A stretch of DNA of 64,000 bases. Origin: Salinispira sp. GTDB taxonomy: Bacteria; Spirochaetota; Spirochaetia; DSM-27196; Salinispiraceae. The notes under the pieces are model-generated. The model saw only the letters and a list, made by a program, of their open reading frames with translations. It ran no database searches and was not told the origin of the DNA. This document shows positions 18,242 through 29,072 of this stretch, one piece after another (positions within the stretch are counted from its first letter, which is position 1; every line of letters starts with the position of its first letter). The stretch is from the NCBI GenBank assembly GCA_965602015.1, contig OZ271918.1, positions 1,472,001 to 1,536,000 on the forward strand. The letters run 5' to 3'. Position numbers and translations under genes: made by a program.

Positions 18242-19804
18242 TTATTCCCATTCAATTGTGGCCGGCGGTTTGCTACTGATATCGTAGGATACCCTGCCGA
18301 TTTGGCGAACCTTGTTTGTAATTATACTCGATATCTCGAGTAAGTCATTCATCGCAAAGGGGTACACATCGGCTGTCATTCCGTCCCTGGACACAATGGC
18401 CCTGAGGGCACAGACATAGCCGTATTCCCGGGCATCTCCGGTCACCCCGACCGAGCGTATGGGCAAAAGCACCACAAACGCCTGCCAAATCTTGTCGTAC
18501 AATCCCCTGGCCTTTAACTCGCCGATAAATATGGCATCGGCCTCCCGAAGGATGTCGAGCTTTTCCCTGTCGATATCTCCCAATATGCGCACCGCCAGGC
18601 CCGGTCCCGGGAAGGGATGTCGGTTAACCACATCGGGGTCGATCCCGAGCTCCAATCCCAGGGCCCGAACTTCATCCTTATACAAGCGGGCGAGGGGTTC
18701 GATTATCAGACCGGCGTTCCGCTTTTCCTCCACCAGGGGGCTTCGCACATTGTGATGACTTTTTATGACCTTCGCCTTATTCCCCACACCTTTTCCCGAC
18801 TCGATCATGTCGGTGTACAAGGTGCCCTGAGCCAGGAAGGCGTCATCTATGCCTAATCGGGCCACTTCCCGCTCCTGCACGCTGATAAACGCATCACCGA
18901 TGATCTCGCGCTTGGTTTCCGGATCGGATACCCCGCGAAGGGGTATGAGAAAATCGTCTTCGGCGTGAATGATGTGCAAATGGGTGGCCCCCAGGGATTC
19001 CAGGGTCTTTTTCACCTTGACTGATTCGTTTTTTCTCATGAGTCCGGTATCTATGTACATGAGATGGACCTGGTCATGGGGAAGACTTTTGAGTAGCATG
19101 CCTCCCACAACCGTGGAGTCTACGCCGCCGGATATAAGCAGCAGAACGGGCCGCGTGCCGGCCCGCTGCCTGATTTCCTCAGCTTCCTGCTCCATATAGG
19201 CATGCATGTTCCACTCAGGCGAGCACCCGCAGATATTCAGGGCAAAGTTTCGCAATATGTCGGTACCGTACTCGCAGTGACTCACCTCGGGGTGAAACTG
19301 CAGGCCGAACACAGGACGGCTTTCGTGGGCGACCGCCGCGGGGTGGCCGTTTTCACTTTCGGCGATGACCCGGAAACCAGGAGCCGGCCTGTCTATGCTG
19401 TCCCCGTGGCTCATCCAGCTCACGAAGTTTTCCGGAATTCCCGCAAAAAGATCGCTGATCTCGATGTAAGATATCCGATTCCGCCCGAATTCCCGGGTCT
19501 CTTTTCGTTCAACCCTGCCACCCAGGTCATGGGTAATCCGCTGAAGTCCGTAGCAGATACCGAGTATCGGCCTTTGATCCTCCAGATACGCCGCATCAAG
19601 ACGCGGCGCCTTGTCATCGTAAACCGATTCGGGACTTCCGGAAAAAATAAAGCCCCGTATGCTTTCGTGTTCCAGGCTCTTGTCCAAATCTGCCAGGGGA
19701 GTATCCCCGGGTATAATTTCGCTGTATACCCCGATCTCCCGAATCCTCCGGGCGATGAGCTGAGCAGTCTGGCCGCCAAAATCCAGTATTAGTATTTTTT
19801 CCAT
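18242..19804 (-). CDS. guaA: GMP synthase (glutamine-hydrolysing)
   Basis: ILDFGGQ, GICYG, QFHPEV, SGGVDS, IKSHHNV, SKPPATIEWE. Confidence 0.98.
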   Translation of the reverse strand: MEKILILDFGGQTAQLIARRIREIGVYSEIIPGDTPLADLDKSLEHESIRGFIFSGSPESVYDDKAPRLDAAYLEDQRPILGICYGLQRITHDLGGRVERKETREFGRNRISYIEISDLFAGIPENFVSWMSHGDSIDRPAPGFRVIAESENGHPAAVAHESRPVFGLQFHPEVSHCEYGTDILRNFALNICGCSPEWNMHAYMEQEAEEIRQRAGTRPVLLLISGGVDSTVVGGMLLKSLPHDQVHLMYIDTGLMRKNESVKVKKTLESLGATHLHIIHAEDDFLIPLRGVSDPETKREIIGDAFISVQEREVARLGIDDAFLAQGTLYTDMIESGKGVGNKAKVIKSHHNVRSPLVEEKRNAGLIIEPLARLYKDEVRALGLELGIDPDVVNRHPFPGPGLAVRILGDIDREKLDILREADAIFIGELKARGLYDKIWQAFVVLLPIRSVGVTGDAREYGYVCALRAIVSRDGMTADVYPFAMNDLLEISSIITNKVRQIGRVSYDISSKPPATIEWE

Positions 19805-21018
19805 AATTCTCTTCGGAGGATGGTCTGTTCCCTGTCGGGGCCCACACTGACCACGGTCACCGCTGTGCCTGTGAACTCTTCGATAAATGCAATGTACGCC
19901 CTAACATTCTGCGGCAGCTCGTCAAAGCTACGACAGGCGGTAATGTCGGTTTTCCAGCCCGGGAACTTCTTTAATACCGGCCGGGCGGTCTCCAGTTCTT
20001 GGATGCTTGCGGGGAAATCAAGACGCTCAACCCCGTCGATCTCGTACCCGGTGCAGGCATAAACTTCATCAAACTGATCGTACACATCCATATGGGTGAG
20101 GATAAGACCGTCGATGCCGTTGGCCCGGCATGCATAGCGAAGGGCTACAAGGTCGAGATAGCCGCATCTCCGCGGCCGCCCGGTGGTGACCCCGTATTCA
20201 TGACCAAGCTCACGGACAAGCTCTTCGAGGTTTCCGTCGCGATCCTGGTTAAATTCCGAGGGGAAGGGTCCGTTGCCCACCCGGGTGGAGTATGCCTTGA
20301 AAACGCCTAAAATACCGTCGATGCTTCGGGGCCCGATTCCCGCTCCAAGACTTGCCCCAGCGGCAGCGGAGTAGCCTGATGACACGAAGGGAAAGGTGCC
20401 CAAATCAAGATCCAGCAGCACACCCTGTGCCCCTTCCATAAGCATTTTTTCGGGCTTGGTGCGGAACAGGTAGTCGGTGATATCCACCTTCATGTCCCTC
20501 AGCCGGTCCATAAAGGGCTGTATGTACGCCCGTTCATCGCCGGTGAGCAACTCATAGCGCGTGCTGTCAAACATGTCCGCCACCCGAAAACCGTCACGGC
20601 TCGCCTTGAGGCTGTAGGCTATTCCGATGCCCCTGCCGGTTGTCCCGATGGGCTGGCGCCGGTTTTCATCCTGCCGGCGATCCCGCTCCTTATAGCCCGG
20701 AAAAACCAGGTGGGCCCGATCGGAAATCAGCACCCTGCCCTTCCAGTTCACGCCCTGGCTTTCCAGTGTTTCCAGTTCGCTAAACAGACTCTCGGGGTCG
20801 ATAACCATTCCGCTTCCCAGAATCACCACCGTGTTATCGTAAAGAATGCCCGATGGCACCAAATGAAGTTTGTAGGTATTTCCGCCGTTGACGATGGTAT
20901 GCCCGGCATTCGCTCCGCCGGAAAAACGGACGATAACCTGGGCTTCGGAGGCGAGATAGTCGACCATCTTGCCCTTTCCCTCATCGCCCCACTGGGCGCC
21001 GATAACGACTAAATTCAT
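19789..21018 (-). CDS. purA: adenylosuccinate synthetase
   Basis: GAQWGDEGKGK, GGANAGHT, EGAQG, TRVGNGPFP, GVTTGRPRRCG. Confidence 0.98.
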   Translation of the reverse strand: MNLVVIGAQWGDEGKGKMVDYLASEAQVIVRFSGGANAGHTIVNGGNTYKLHLVPSGILYDNTVVILGSGMVIDPESLFSELETLESQGVNWKGRVLISDRAHLVFPGYKERDRRQDENRRQPIGTTGRGIGIAYSLKASRDGFRVADMFDSTRYELLTGDERAYIQPFMDRLRDMKVDITDYLFRTKPEKMLMEGAQGVLLDLDLGTFPFVSSGYSAAAGASLGAGIGPRSIDGILGVFKAYSTRVGNGPFPSEFNQDRDGNLEELVRELGHEYGVTTGRPRRCGYLDLVALRYACRANGIDGLILTHMDVYDQFDEVYACTGYEIDGVERLDFPASIQELETARPVLKKFPGWKTDITACRSFDELPQNVRAYIAFIEEFTGTAVTVVSVGPDREQTILRRELWKKY

Positions 21019-21028
21019 ATGCGATTCC

Positions 21029-22465
21029 TTAGCGAGAATAGTTGGGCGGCTCTTGGGTAATGGTCACGTCGTGGGCGTGACTCTCCTTGAGACCGGCAGC
21101 GGTAATCTTAATGAATTTGCCGTACTCCCGCAATTCCCGTATGTTCCGGCAGCCCGTGTACCCCATTCCCTTGCGGAGGCCGGTTACCAGCTGGTGGAGG
21201 TAAGGCCGCAATTCGCCCTTAAAGGGGACCCTGCCCTCGACCCCTTCGGGAACCACCTCATCATTGGGATTCATCTGGTAACGGTCGCCGCTTCCGCTTT
21301 TTACCGCCCCAATTGATCCCATACCCCGGTAGGCCTTAAAAATTCTTCCTTCGAAAATGATTTCCCGCCCGGGCGCTTCTTTGAGGCCCGCAAAGAGGCT
21401 TCCGATCATCACCACAGCCGATCCTGCGGCGATCGCCTTGGTGATATCGCCGGAATACTTGATGCCGCCGTCAGCGATAACCGGTATGCCCCGTTTAACC
21501 GCTTCCTGGGCAGCGGCTACCACCGCGGAGAACTGCGGCACGCCAATTCCCGCCACTACCCGTGTCGTGCAAATGGAACCCGGGCCGACGCCGACCTTCA
21601 CTGCATCCGCTCCAGCCTCGATTAGTAACCTGGCGCCTTCGGCAGTGGCAATGTTCCCTCCGATAACCGGCAGATCCCAGTTTTTCTTCAGGTATGCCAC
21701 CGCGTCGATAACATTTTTGCTTGATCCGTGGGCCGAATCGATGACGATGAAATCGGCCCTCGCCGCCACGAGTTTATCCATCCGCTTGTCGATATCCGAT
21801 GGACCGACGGCTGCTCCGACAATAAGCCGACCGGCCTGGTCGACTGCCGCATTGGGGTAATTGCGGTGTTTCTCCATGTCCTTGACGGTTATGAGTCCCG
21901 TTAGCTTGCCGTCCTTGTCGACGACGGGGAGTTTTTCGATTCTATGCTCGTCGAATTTCGCCTGAGCGCTTTCGATGTTCGGGGTGCCGGTTTCCACCAC
22001 AGGATTCGGGGTCATGACATCGGCTACTGTACGGGAAAGATCAGTGGAAAAGCGCATGTCTCTGCTGGTGATAATCCCCACCAGCCGGTTATCATTCTCA
22101 ACGACCGGCAGACCGGAGATTCCCTGGTACTCCATAATCCGCCGGACTTCTTCAAGACTGGTCTCCCGGAGAACGGTGACGGGATTCTCGATAACCCAAT
22201 TGAGGTAGCGCTTAACCCGGGAAACCTGATCGGCCTGCTCGTCGGGGCTGAGGTTTCTGTGAATGACCCCGACCCCGCCTTCCAGGGCGAGGGCGATGGC
22301 AAGGCGGTCCTCGGTGACCGTATCCATTGCAGCGGACATTACGGGTACGTTCAAACGGACGCCGGGGAACAGATCTACAGCAACATCGGTTTCACCGGGC
22401 AGCACCTCGGAGTAGCCGGGCTGTAGCAGCACGTCATCGTAGCTGTAGTATTCACGCAATTCCAT
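21029..22465 (-). CDS. guaB: IMP dehydrogenase with CBS pair
   Basis: [47 protein letters not shown] before ATG 22465. Confidence 0.98.
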   Translation of the reverse strand: MELREYYSYDDVLLQPGYSEVLPGETDVAVDLFPGVRLNVPVMSAAMDTVTEDRLAIALALEGGVGVIHRNLSPDEQADQVSRVKRYLNWVIENPVTVLRETSLEEVRRIMEYQGISGLPVVENDNRLVGIITSRDMRFSTDLSRTVADVMTPNPVVETGTPNIESAQAKFDEHRIEKLPVVDKDGKLTGLITVKDMEKHRNYPNAAVDQAGRLIVGAAVGPSDIDKRMDKLVAARADFIVIDSAHGSSKNVIDAVAYLKKNWDLPVIGGNIATAEGARLLIEAGADAVKVGVGPGSICTTRVVAGIGVPQFSAVVAAAQEAVKRGIPVIADGGIKYSGDITKAIAAGSAVVMIGSLFAGLKEAPGREIIFEGRIFKAYRGMGSIGAVKSGSGDRYQMNPNDEVVPEGVEGRVPFKGELRPYLHQLVTGLRKGMGYTGCRNIRELREYGKFIKITAAGLKESHAHDVTITQEPPNYSR

Positions 22466-22527
22466 ATGTCTCTCCTGTTCTCTGTTTAGCGGCAAAATAC
22501 ATGCGTAATTGCCACTCCTGGGTAAAT

Positions 22528-22557
22528 AAAAAACGGCCAGGCGCATTGCGCCTGGCC
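22528..22557 (-). terminator. intrinsic terminator after purB
   Basis: GGCCAGGCGC-AAT-GCGCCTGGCC followed by GTTTTTT on the minus strand. Confidence 0.75.
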
Positions 22558-22563
22558 ACATTC

Positions 22564-24000
22564 TTATGTTCCATCAATAGTTTCCATAAGCTTCCCTATG
22601 GTTTTCTCCCACTGGTCTGCAAGTTCCCGGGCCCGCTCAGCAGTCCGCCCCCGGTATTTTGCCGGGTTAGCAAAAAAACCGTCGGCATCCTCAACGCCGA
22701 CGGCGGCAAGCCGGGCGCAGATAGTCTGCCACACAGTGTTGTCTGATTTCATCGCCTCGTGCAGGGTGATGCCTTTTTCATCCGCGCTCAGAGTGAGCTT
22801 GCGAATTATTTCATGGGCATCGGATTCTCCCTGGCTGGACAAAAGAATATAGGCGGGCTCGGCAAGAACCGAAGATCCGGCGGCAGCCAGGTTCCTCTGT
22901 AAGCCCAAGTGGTTGACGCTCATTCCTTTGAGGATTTTAATCATCCGCTGGACAGCGGCGGAAAAGCCAGCCAAGAATTCAACGCTGAACCTGCCCGATG
23001 CCGAATTGCTCAAATCGCGCTGATGCTCGGATATCTGATCCATGTACATGGTCATTACACGGGGTGAAAAAGCCTTCCACAGACTTTTGACATGCTCGCA
23101 GTTCCAGGGGTTGCGTTTCTGAGGCATGGTGGACGAACCGACCTGGGTGGGGGAAAAGTACTCACGCACCTCATCAATTTCGCTGCGTTGAAGATGCCTC
23201 AGGTCATCAGCGAGATTGGCAATAATTCCGAAAGCGACGTTGATCTCCAGGAGCAAGCGAAGCAGATATTCCGGCTCCACCATCTGAGTCGAGTGATCCG
23301 ACGGCTTGAGGCCTAATCGCGCAAGGCATTTTTGCTCAAGTTCTACTGGGTCGGTATACAGCATGCTGGTGGCATTGTACCCGCCGACGGCTCCGGCGAG
23401 TTTTCCCCGTAGATCCCTGCTCCTGACCTCAATTTCTACGGCGGACTTGCCGAGCCGGGATACATACTCTGCGAATGTGTGGCCGAGGGTGATCGGCACC
23501 GCATATTGTCCGTGGGTGCGGCCGACTTGAGGGGTCTCGGCATGTTCCCGGGCAAAACGAATGAGTTCGCCCATGAGTTCTCCGAGCTGAGGAAGAAGGA
23601 CTTTTCGTGAGACATCGCGAAATTTAAGGGCATTGGCCGTGTCGAGGATGTCGACGCTCGTTGCACCCATGTGAACCAGATGTCTGATTTTCTCGGGAAG
23701 AAGGGGTTTTATGCAGTTGACCAGAGCCCTGATATTGTGCTGGGTCTTTTCTTCTTCCTGATAAACCTCGTCCGGATCAATTTCCGCTGCGGCAGTATCG
23801 AGAACCTTTTCCAACTCAGGAGTCAAGCCGTTTTGCAGTTCCAGATGAGTTTTTACTAGTGCCGCTTCAACCCTCGCGCAATAATGAACCGAGGCCTTTT
23901 CGCTGATGATGGCTCGCAAACGCTCGAACAATTCCTTGTTGGACTGATAATAGCGGTGGTCAAGCGGTGAGATGTTTTCGAAAATGCTCTGTTGTTGCAT
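22564..24000 (-). CDS. purB: adenylosuccinate lyase
   Basis: ISPLDHRY, HMGATSVDI, GRTHGQ, GSSTMPQKRNP; purine gene context. Confidence 0.93.
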   Translation of the reverse strand: MQQQSIFENISPLDHRYYQSNKELFERLRAIISEKASVHYCARVEAALVKTHLELQNGLTPELEKVLDTAAAEIDPDEVYQEEEKTQHNIRALVNCIKPLLPEKIRHLVHMGATSVDILDTANALKFRDVSRKVLLPQLGELMGELIRFAREHAETPQVGRTHGQYAVPITLGHTFAEYVSRLGKSAVEIEVRSRDLRGKLAGAVGGYNATSMLYTDPVELEQKCLARLGLKPSDHSTQMVEPEYLLRLLLEINVAFGIIANLADDLRHLQRSEIDEVREYFSPTQVGSSTMPQKRNPWNCEHVKSLWKAFSPRVMTMYMDQISEHQRDLSNSASGRFSVEFLAGFSAAVQRMIKILKGMSVNHLGLQRNLAAAGSSVLAEPAYILLSSQGESDAHEIIRKLTLSADEKGITLHEAMKSDNTVWQTICARLAAVGVEDADGFFANPAKYRGRTAERARELADQWEKTIGKLMETIDGT

Positions 24001-24005
24001 GGGGC

Positions 24006-24034
24006 ATCATGGCAAAATCAGCAGGTATTGTCAA
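24006..24034 (-). promoter_or_regulatory. purB promoter, leaderless geometry
   Basis: TTGACA-17 bp-CATGAT, 5 nt before the ATG, no SD. Confidence 0.6.
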
Positions 24035-24095
24035 AGTGTTTTTTTCCACTCACATCTGGATTTTTGGCGAGGTTTCCGGTACAACACAGTTATCT

Positions 24096-25640
24096 ATGGC
24101 TAAAGTCCGATTGGGTACACACATTTTTTGTGCATTGTTTTTAGTAAGCCTCGCAACCCTTTTCTCATGCCGCCAGCCCGGCACTCCGGAGATTCCCGTC
24201 CGGACTCAGGGCGGTGTGATTATTCCCGTTCCCGGCGAAGGCATCGCCCTCTTCGCACCGGGTGACGACGGGGTTGAAGAGCTTCCGGTTGAAACCCGAC
24301 AGGAGATCAGGGTCGATGTTCCGACTGATTTTATCCCCCATGACGTTCTCGAGCTTTCTCTGGACGTCGATGACCCCGATGAGCAGATAATCGTCTTCAA
24401 AACCCGTGACGGACAGGATGACCGAATATCACTGCTTCTCGGGGACTACGATCCCTTGCGCGACGGATACTTTATCAGCTGGCAGGGTCAGACCAATGCC
24501 ACAAGCCTCAAGACGTTTACCCTCACAACCCAGGATATAACCGGAGACCGGAGGCTGGAAATCGTCGCCTTCGGCACAAACAATCTCGGCGAGCAAACCC
24601 TTGATATTTTCAGTCAGGTAAGCTCCAACACCTACGGCATCCAGTTTCGCAACATAATCAGCATCGAAGCCGACGTCGAAATTGACATTCGGGTCGTTGA
24701 ACGGGGAGAGTTTTATAACAGCGGAGCCCGCAACGGAGTTCCTTTCACCATCACCGCCACTGATCAGGATCTGGAATCGGAAAACAATTTCGATATGATT
24801 CGTTCGGTGTACAGCTGGCGTCCAAGCGAGCAGCGATATCTCTTATCCAACACAGAAAGCATACCCGGAAGCCGTATCGAGCAGGATCAGCTGGCAGAGG
24901 TTTTTTCTGGAAATCTTCAGGACCTCCAACGCTTCCTCGAGGGTCCATGGGTCCGCCGGGGCGATACAAAGATGGTTGCCTTTAGCCAGATTGAAGAGAG
25001 CATCAAATTTATCATTGATGACAGATTAATCGATTTTCAATGGCTGAGATCCCAACCCTGGGCAAGCACCGGGACTCGCGGAATGACGATCAACCTGAGA
25101 AACGGCAATATCTCCAGCGTCGCGCCCCTAATGACAATTCGCATTGAAGATTTAAACAGCATATATATCAGGCTCAATAACGAACCGACTGAACCAAGAC
25201 TCTGGTTTTTGACCGGTTATTACGATCGGATGACCGGCGCCAGCCCCACGGCGCTCAATTTTTCCGCGGTGCTGCCGGCAAACCACAGGGAACTTCATCC
25301 CTTCGGAATAAGCGGACTGTACCGCAGCGACAACAACTGGGAAATGTTTTTTTCCGCGCCCCAGCTCACCCTGCGAAGTCAGGAGCGGGAGCGCACCGGC
25401 GGCTATGCAATTTTCCGGATTAACGACCAGCATATCCTGTCGATCAACTATATCGGAACAGGGGGAACTGCTCCGGAAAAACAGCAGTTCCTGATTTCAT
25501 ATGAAGAGCTGGAAGAAGGTGACAGCCTCCGAAGGATTATTTTGCTTCAGGAGGCTGCGTTAAGCAGTTACGGCGCCCGCGCCATAACCGATGAAGTTAT
25601 CAGGCTGGAACAGCGTATCGAGCTTGACGACAGCGAATAA
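24096..25640 (+). CDS. spirochaete lipoprotein, pallilysin-related adhesin-like
   Basis: LFSC lipobox; acidic LDVDDPDEQI and DITGDRRLEIV loops; beta-rich. Family assignment is from recalled resemblance only. Confidence 0.6.
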   Translation: MAKVRLGTHIFCALFLVSLATLFSCRQPGTPEIPVRTQGGVIIPVPGEGIALFAPGDDGVEELPVETRQEIRVDVPTDFIPHDVLELSLDVDDPDEQIIVFKTRDGQDDRISLLLGDYDPLRDGYFISWQGQTNATSLKTFTLTTQDITGDRRLEIVAFGTNNLGEQTLDIFSQVSSNTYGIQFRNIISIEADVEIDIRVVERGEFYNSGARNGVPFTITATDQDLESENNFDMIRSVYSWRPSEQRYLLSNTESIPGSRIEQDQLAEVFSGNLQDLQRFLEGPWVRRGDTKMVAFSQIEESIKFIIDDRLIDFQWLRSQPWASTGTRGMTINLRNGNISSVAPLMTIRIEDLNSIYIRLNNEPTEPRLWFLTGYYDRMTGASPTALNFSAVLPANHRELHPFGISGLYRSDNNWEMFFSAPQLTLRSQERERTGGYAIFRINDQHILSINYIGTGGTAPEKQQFLISYEELEEGDSLRRIILLQEAALSSYGARAITDEVIRLEQRIELDDSE

Positions 25641-25642
25641 AT

Positions 25643-26896
25643 CTACTCACCGCGGGGGTCAGTGACCAGAAAGCCCTCAATACCCTGCTCCTTTAAAAAC
25701 AAGAGCAGGCGGCGGGGATTGTTGTAATTCTCGCTTGATAAAAAGTAGCTGTCCCCGCTGTCCAGCAAAACCTTGAAGGCTATGGTAGAATCGTCTGAGC
25801 CAGGCGCGGGGTTTTCGGGGAACATAAAAACCGGAAGGCCGAGTTCCCGCTGTATGCGCTCGATAAAACTGCCGGCATTCCCCCTCCTTGAGAAGCTTCC
25901 GAGCTGGATGATCCCGGCCTCGCTGCTCTCCCCTCGGGTGTTTTCCCTTTGGGCCTCCCCTTCGGCGACGGTTTGACCGCTTGAGTTATCGCCGGGAACT
26001 GGAGCGTCGGTCCCTGACTTCTGGATTGTTGTTACCGTCCCGTCCAGACCAATTTCCTCGGTTTGAAGCATTTGGTACGCATTTCTTTCCAACTCGGCCA
26101 TGCCCCCCGAGCCCTCAAGAATGCGTAAATCCGGAAAGGGTGAGCTCATTCGTCCTTCCTCTTCGGGAGCGCCCGTCAGGTCTTCAAGTCGCCGGATACG
26201 CGTTTCGACCGCCGGATCATCAAAATCCCCGGTGCGAAGCGTCAGGATAAGCAAGCGGGCAGCCAGAATCATGTAATATGACGGATCGCTATCAAAATCC
26301 GCTGGGTCTATCCTGGCAGTCAGGAGGCGGCGAGCCTCATCGAGCTGACCGTCATCTATGAGCAGCAGACCCAACAGGTACATTGCGCGGTAATAGTCAT
26401 CCGACTCGAGATTAGCATTGGCCCGCAAAAAATCGGATAGCGATTGACGGGCTGCCTCATTCAGACCATTCCGATACTCCAGCTCTGCGACCCACAGCAA
26501 CAGCTCGCTTTCCCCCGTCAGTACCCGGGTCTGGGTTGCCAGGTGCAAAGCCCCATCGACCCGATTCTCGAGAAGCAAAATCCGCGAAGCATTTATGGCA
26601 ATCTCAATCGATTCCGCCCTGTCCCTCCCCGATAATAGAAATCGGGGCAGGGTTTCGCCGACTTCCCGGGTAAAAAGAACTGACAAAAGATGCGCGCTAT
26701 ACAATGGATTAAGTGTCTGAGTCTGGACAAGAATATCGAGAAGTTGGCCCCTACCCTCGGCAGCGGAGAGGCTGTCCCGCTGTTCGTCGGTCAAAAGATC
26801 CCAGTTCAACAGGTCGGATACCGATACTTCCTCAGCTTCAAGTCCTGCCGCCAGGATAAAAACCGCAAGAAATACAAGAGCTGGAATTTTACGCAT
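25643..26896 (-). CDS. exported TPR-like protein with C-terminal SPOR domain
   Basis: Signal peptide, helical repeats, low-complexity linker, IQLGSFSRRGNA...LKEQGIEGF. Confidence 0.7.
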   Translation of the reverse strand: MRKIPALVFLAVFILAAGLEAEEVSVSDLLNWDLLTDEQRDSLSAAEGRGQLLDILVQTQTLNPLYSAHLLSVLFTREVGETLPRFLLSGRDRAESIEIAINASRILLLENRVDGALHLATQTRVLTGESELLLWVAELEYRNGLNEAARQSLSDFLRANANLESDDYYRAMYLLGLLLIDDGQLDEARRLLTARIDPADFDSDPSYYMILAARLLILTLRTGDFDDPAVETRIRRLEDLTGAPEEEGRMSSPFPDLRILEGSGGMAELERNAYQMLQTEEIGLDGTVTTIQKSGTDAPVPGDNSSGQTVAEGEAQRENTRGESSEAGIIQLGSFSRRGNAGSFIERIQRELGLPVFMFPENPAPGSDDSTIAFKVLLDSGDSYFLSSENYNNPRRLLLFLKEQGIEGFLVTDPRGE

Positions 26897-27245
26897 TGTC
26901 CTGATCAGCTGGTACGTCCGGAAGTTTAGGTCCTGAAGCCGGCTTTTTTTTCCGGGATCTCTGGCGCTTTTCAATTTTTTTAACGAGCTCTTTTTCGCCG
27001 GCCCCGTCCTGCAGTTTGGCAGCTTTTTGAGCCTGCTTCTTTTTTATTTTTAAGGTCGTTCTCACGGAATACGGAATGGCGAACAGCGCACCGGCGATGA
27101 ACGATATACCAATGGTGAGGATAATCGGGACGTTCTGAAATTCATAAAAACCAAGGGAAACATTGGACGTAAAACTCCAATTAAATCCGATGAGGGCTAT
27201 GAGCAAAGCGAGCAGCACTATTGCAGTAATCAATTTCCAGGGCAT
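26889..27245 (-). CDS. LapA/DUF1049-like two-TM protein with basic tail
   Basis: MPWKLI..IGFN...VSLGF..FQNVPI...SFIAGAL, then a Lys-rich tail. Confidence 0.65.
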   Translation of the reverse strand: MPWKLITAIVLLALLIALIGFNWSFTSNVSLGFYEFQNVPIILTIGISFIAGALFAIPYSVRTTLKIKKKQAQKAAKLQDGAGEKELVKKIEKRQRSRKKKPASGPKLPDVPADQDNA

Positions 27246-27279
27246 CGAAGCTCCTTCTAAGGACCGGTTGGAGTTACAG

Positions 27280-27699
27280 TTACTTCTTCCGGAAGATGGA
27301 TATTACAGTCGAGGCAAGTTTCCACACGCCAAACGCCAGGGCCGCGAAGCCCGTCAGGCCGAGGACGAAGCCACCGATTCCAGAAAGCGCCGGGATGGCG
27401 TTTACGAAGGTTACTGCGGCCAAGCCAGCGACCACGTAGGAAAGCTGCTTGTTGCGGGGATATTTTTTCGCCATCCACCATGATGCGGTTCCCAGCACCG
27501 CGGTTACCAGCAACCCGGGAAAAAGGAGGCTGGTGATTCCCCGAAGCAGGTAAATGCCGGCAGCAGAGCCCAGTGATACCAAACCAAGGGTCGCCGAATT
27601 GATCCGATCTTCCTGACCTGCGGGAATGCGAAAAACTTTTTTCACCACCGAAAGTGATGTCTCGTCACTGTTGTTATCGTATCCGGAATTCTGATCCAT
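27280..27699 (-). CDS. small hypothetical membrane protein
   Basis: About 4 TM segments; GAGGAAGG RBS; upstream TTGTAT-17-TACAAT. Confidence 0.65.
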   Translation of the reverse strand: MDQNSGYDNNSDETSLSVVKKVFRIPAGQEDRINSATLGLVSLGSAAGIYLLRGITSLLFPGLLVTAVLGTASWWMAKKYPRNKQLSYVVAGLAAVTFVNAIPALSGIGGFVLGLTGFAALAFGVWKLASTVISIFRKK

Positions 27700-27815
27700 A
27701 TCGACCTTCCTCACATGCGTTTGCTGTTTCTATTGTAGCCTCAGTCCCGCGTTGATACAACACACTTGCCGGTGCCCAAACCCTGGTGGGCAAGTTTGGC
27801 GTCAACAACCAACTA

Positions 27816-29072
27816 TCAATGCTTGAAGCTGCGCTGTCCGGTAAAAACCATGCTTATGCCCGCTTCGTTACAGGCTTCAATTGCTTCAAAGTCCCTGAGG
27901 GATCCGCCGGGCTGAACTATGCCCGATATTCCCTCGCGGACTCCCACATCAACTCCGTCCCTGAAGGGAAAAAACGCATCGCTCACCATAATCGAGTCGG
28001 CAATATTGCCCCTGGCTTCCCGGGTCTCTTCCAGAATTGCCTCTCGGGAACCTTCATCACCCAACTGGTTAAAGGGCATACCGTGGCGTTCCCAGCAGAG
28101 GCGGTCGGCATACTTTCGGTAGGCCTTGTCCCTGGCGATTTCCGCAACCCCTACCCGATCCTGCTCTCCGGTTCCTATGCCCACGGTACAACGGTCTTTA
28201 ACGTATATTACGGAGTTACTGGTAATGCCGGCCTCAACCAGCCAACCAAAAAGCATGTCCTGTTTTTCCCTCTCGTCGGGCTGACGGGAAACTTCGTAGA
28301 CCCTTCCCTTGTGCTCAGTACGGGCCGGAAGAAAATCACCAAAGCGCTTGGCCGCCGGCTCGAACTGATACTGAATAATGACTCCGCCGTCCATAAGACT
28401 TTTGAAATCAAGAGTCTTCGGACCCACGAAGGCCTCAAGGCGGGATATGTTGCTGATTTTCATGATGCGCAGATTTTTCCGCCTGGACAGTATTTCCATG
28501 GTTCCGGGGGCAAAATCAGGGGCCGCCACAACCTCGCAGTAGCTTGAGCTGATTGCCTCTGCAGTTGCTTTGTCCACCGTCCGGTTAAGCGCGACGGCGC
28601 CGCCGAAGGCTGCCAAACGGTCGGCCATGTAGGCTTTCTGGTAGGCCTCAGAGAGGCTGGACCCCAGCGCCACCCCCGACGGATTATTGTGTTTTATGAT
28701 GACCGCGGCGTTATCTGCGGTGAAATAACGGAGAATATTCAACGCGGCGTCGATATCGGTGATGTTTATTTTGCCCGGATGCTTTCCCGATTGGAGAAGC
28801 TCGGCATCACTGGCTAAATGAATTCCCGGTTCGATGGTCTGAACATCTCCAAGATGGAGGTTTCCGTTTACCAGTTTGTACAGGGCAGCGGGTTGATCGG
28901 GGTTTTCGCCGTAGCGCAATCCCTTCAGCTCACCGTCAATATCCCATCGTACCTTCTCGTAATACAGGGTGCTTCGCTCACCACCGTCATCGTAGAGGCT
29001 GATATCCATTTTGGACGGAAACTGGTCCTCATTGATCCGGCGGTACATGTTCTTTAAATCGCTCACTGCCAC
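27816..29072 (-). CDS. purH: AICAR transformylase (stand-alone C-terminal PurH domain)
   Basis: LRYGENPDQ, IIKHNNPSG, ADRLAAFGG, SNSV, GIGTGEQDRV, SDAFFPFRDG, QPGGSLRD, TGQRSFKH. Confidence 0.9.
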   Translation of the reverse strand: MAVSDLKNMYRRINEDQFPSKMDISLYDDGGERSTLYYEKVRWDIDGELKGLRYGENPDQPAALYKLVNGNLHLGDVQTIEPGIHLASDAELLQSGKHPGKINITDIDAALNILRYFTADNAAVIIKHNNPSGVALGSSLSEAYQKAYMADRLAAFGGAVALNRTVDKATAEAISSSYCEVVAAPDFAPGTMEILSRRKNLRIMKISNISRLEAFVGPKTLDFKSLMDGGVIIQYQFEPAAKRFGDFLPARTEHKGRVYEVSRQPDEREKQDMLFGWLVEAGITSNSVIYVKDRCTVGIGTGEQDRVGVAEIARDKAYRKYADRLCWERHGMPFNQLGDEGSREAILEETREARGNIADSIMVSDAFFPFRDGVDVGVREGISGIVQPGGSLRDFEAIEACNEAGISMVFTGQRSFKH

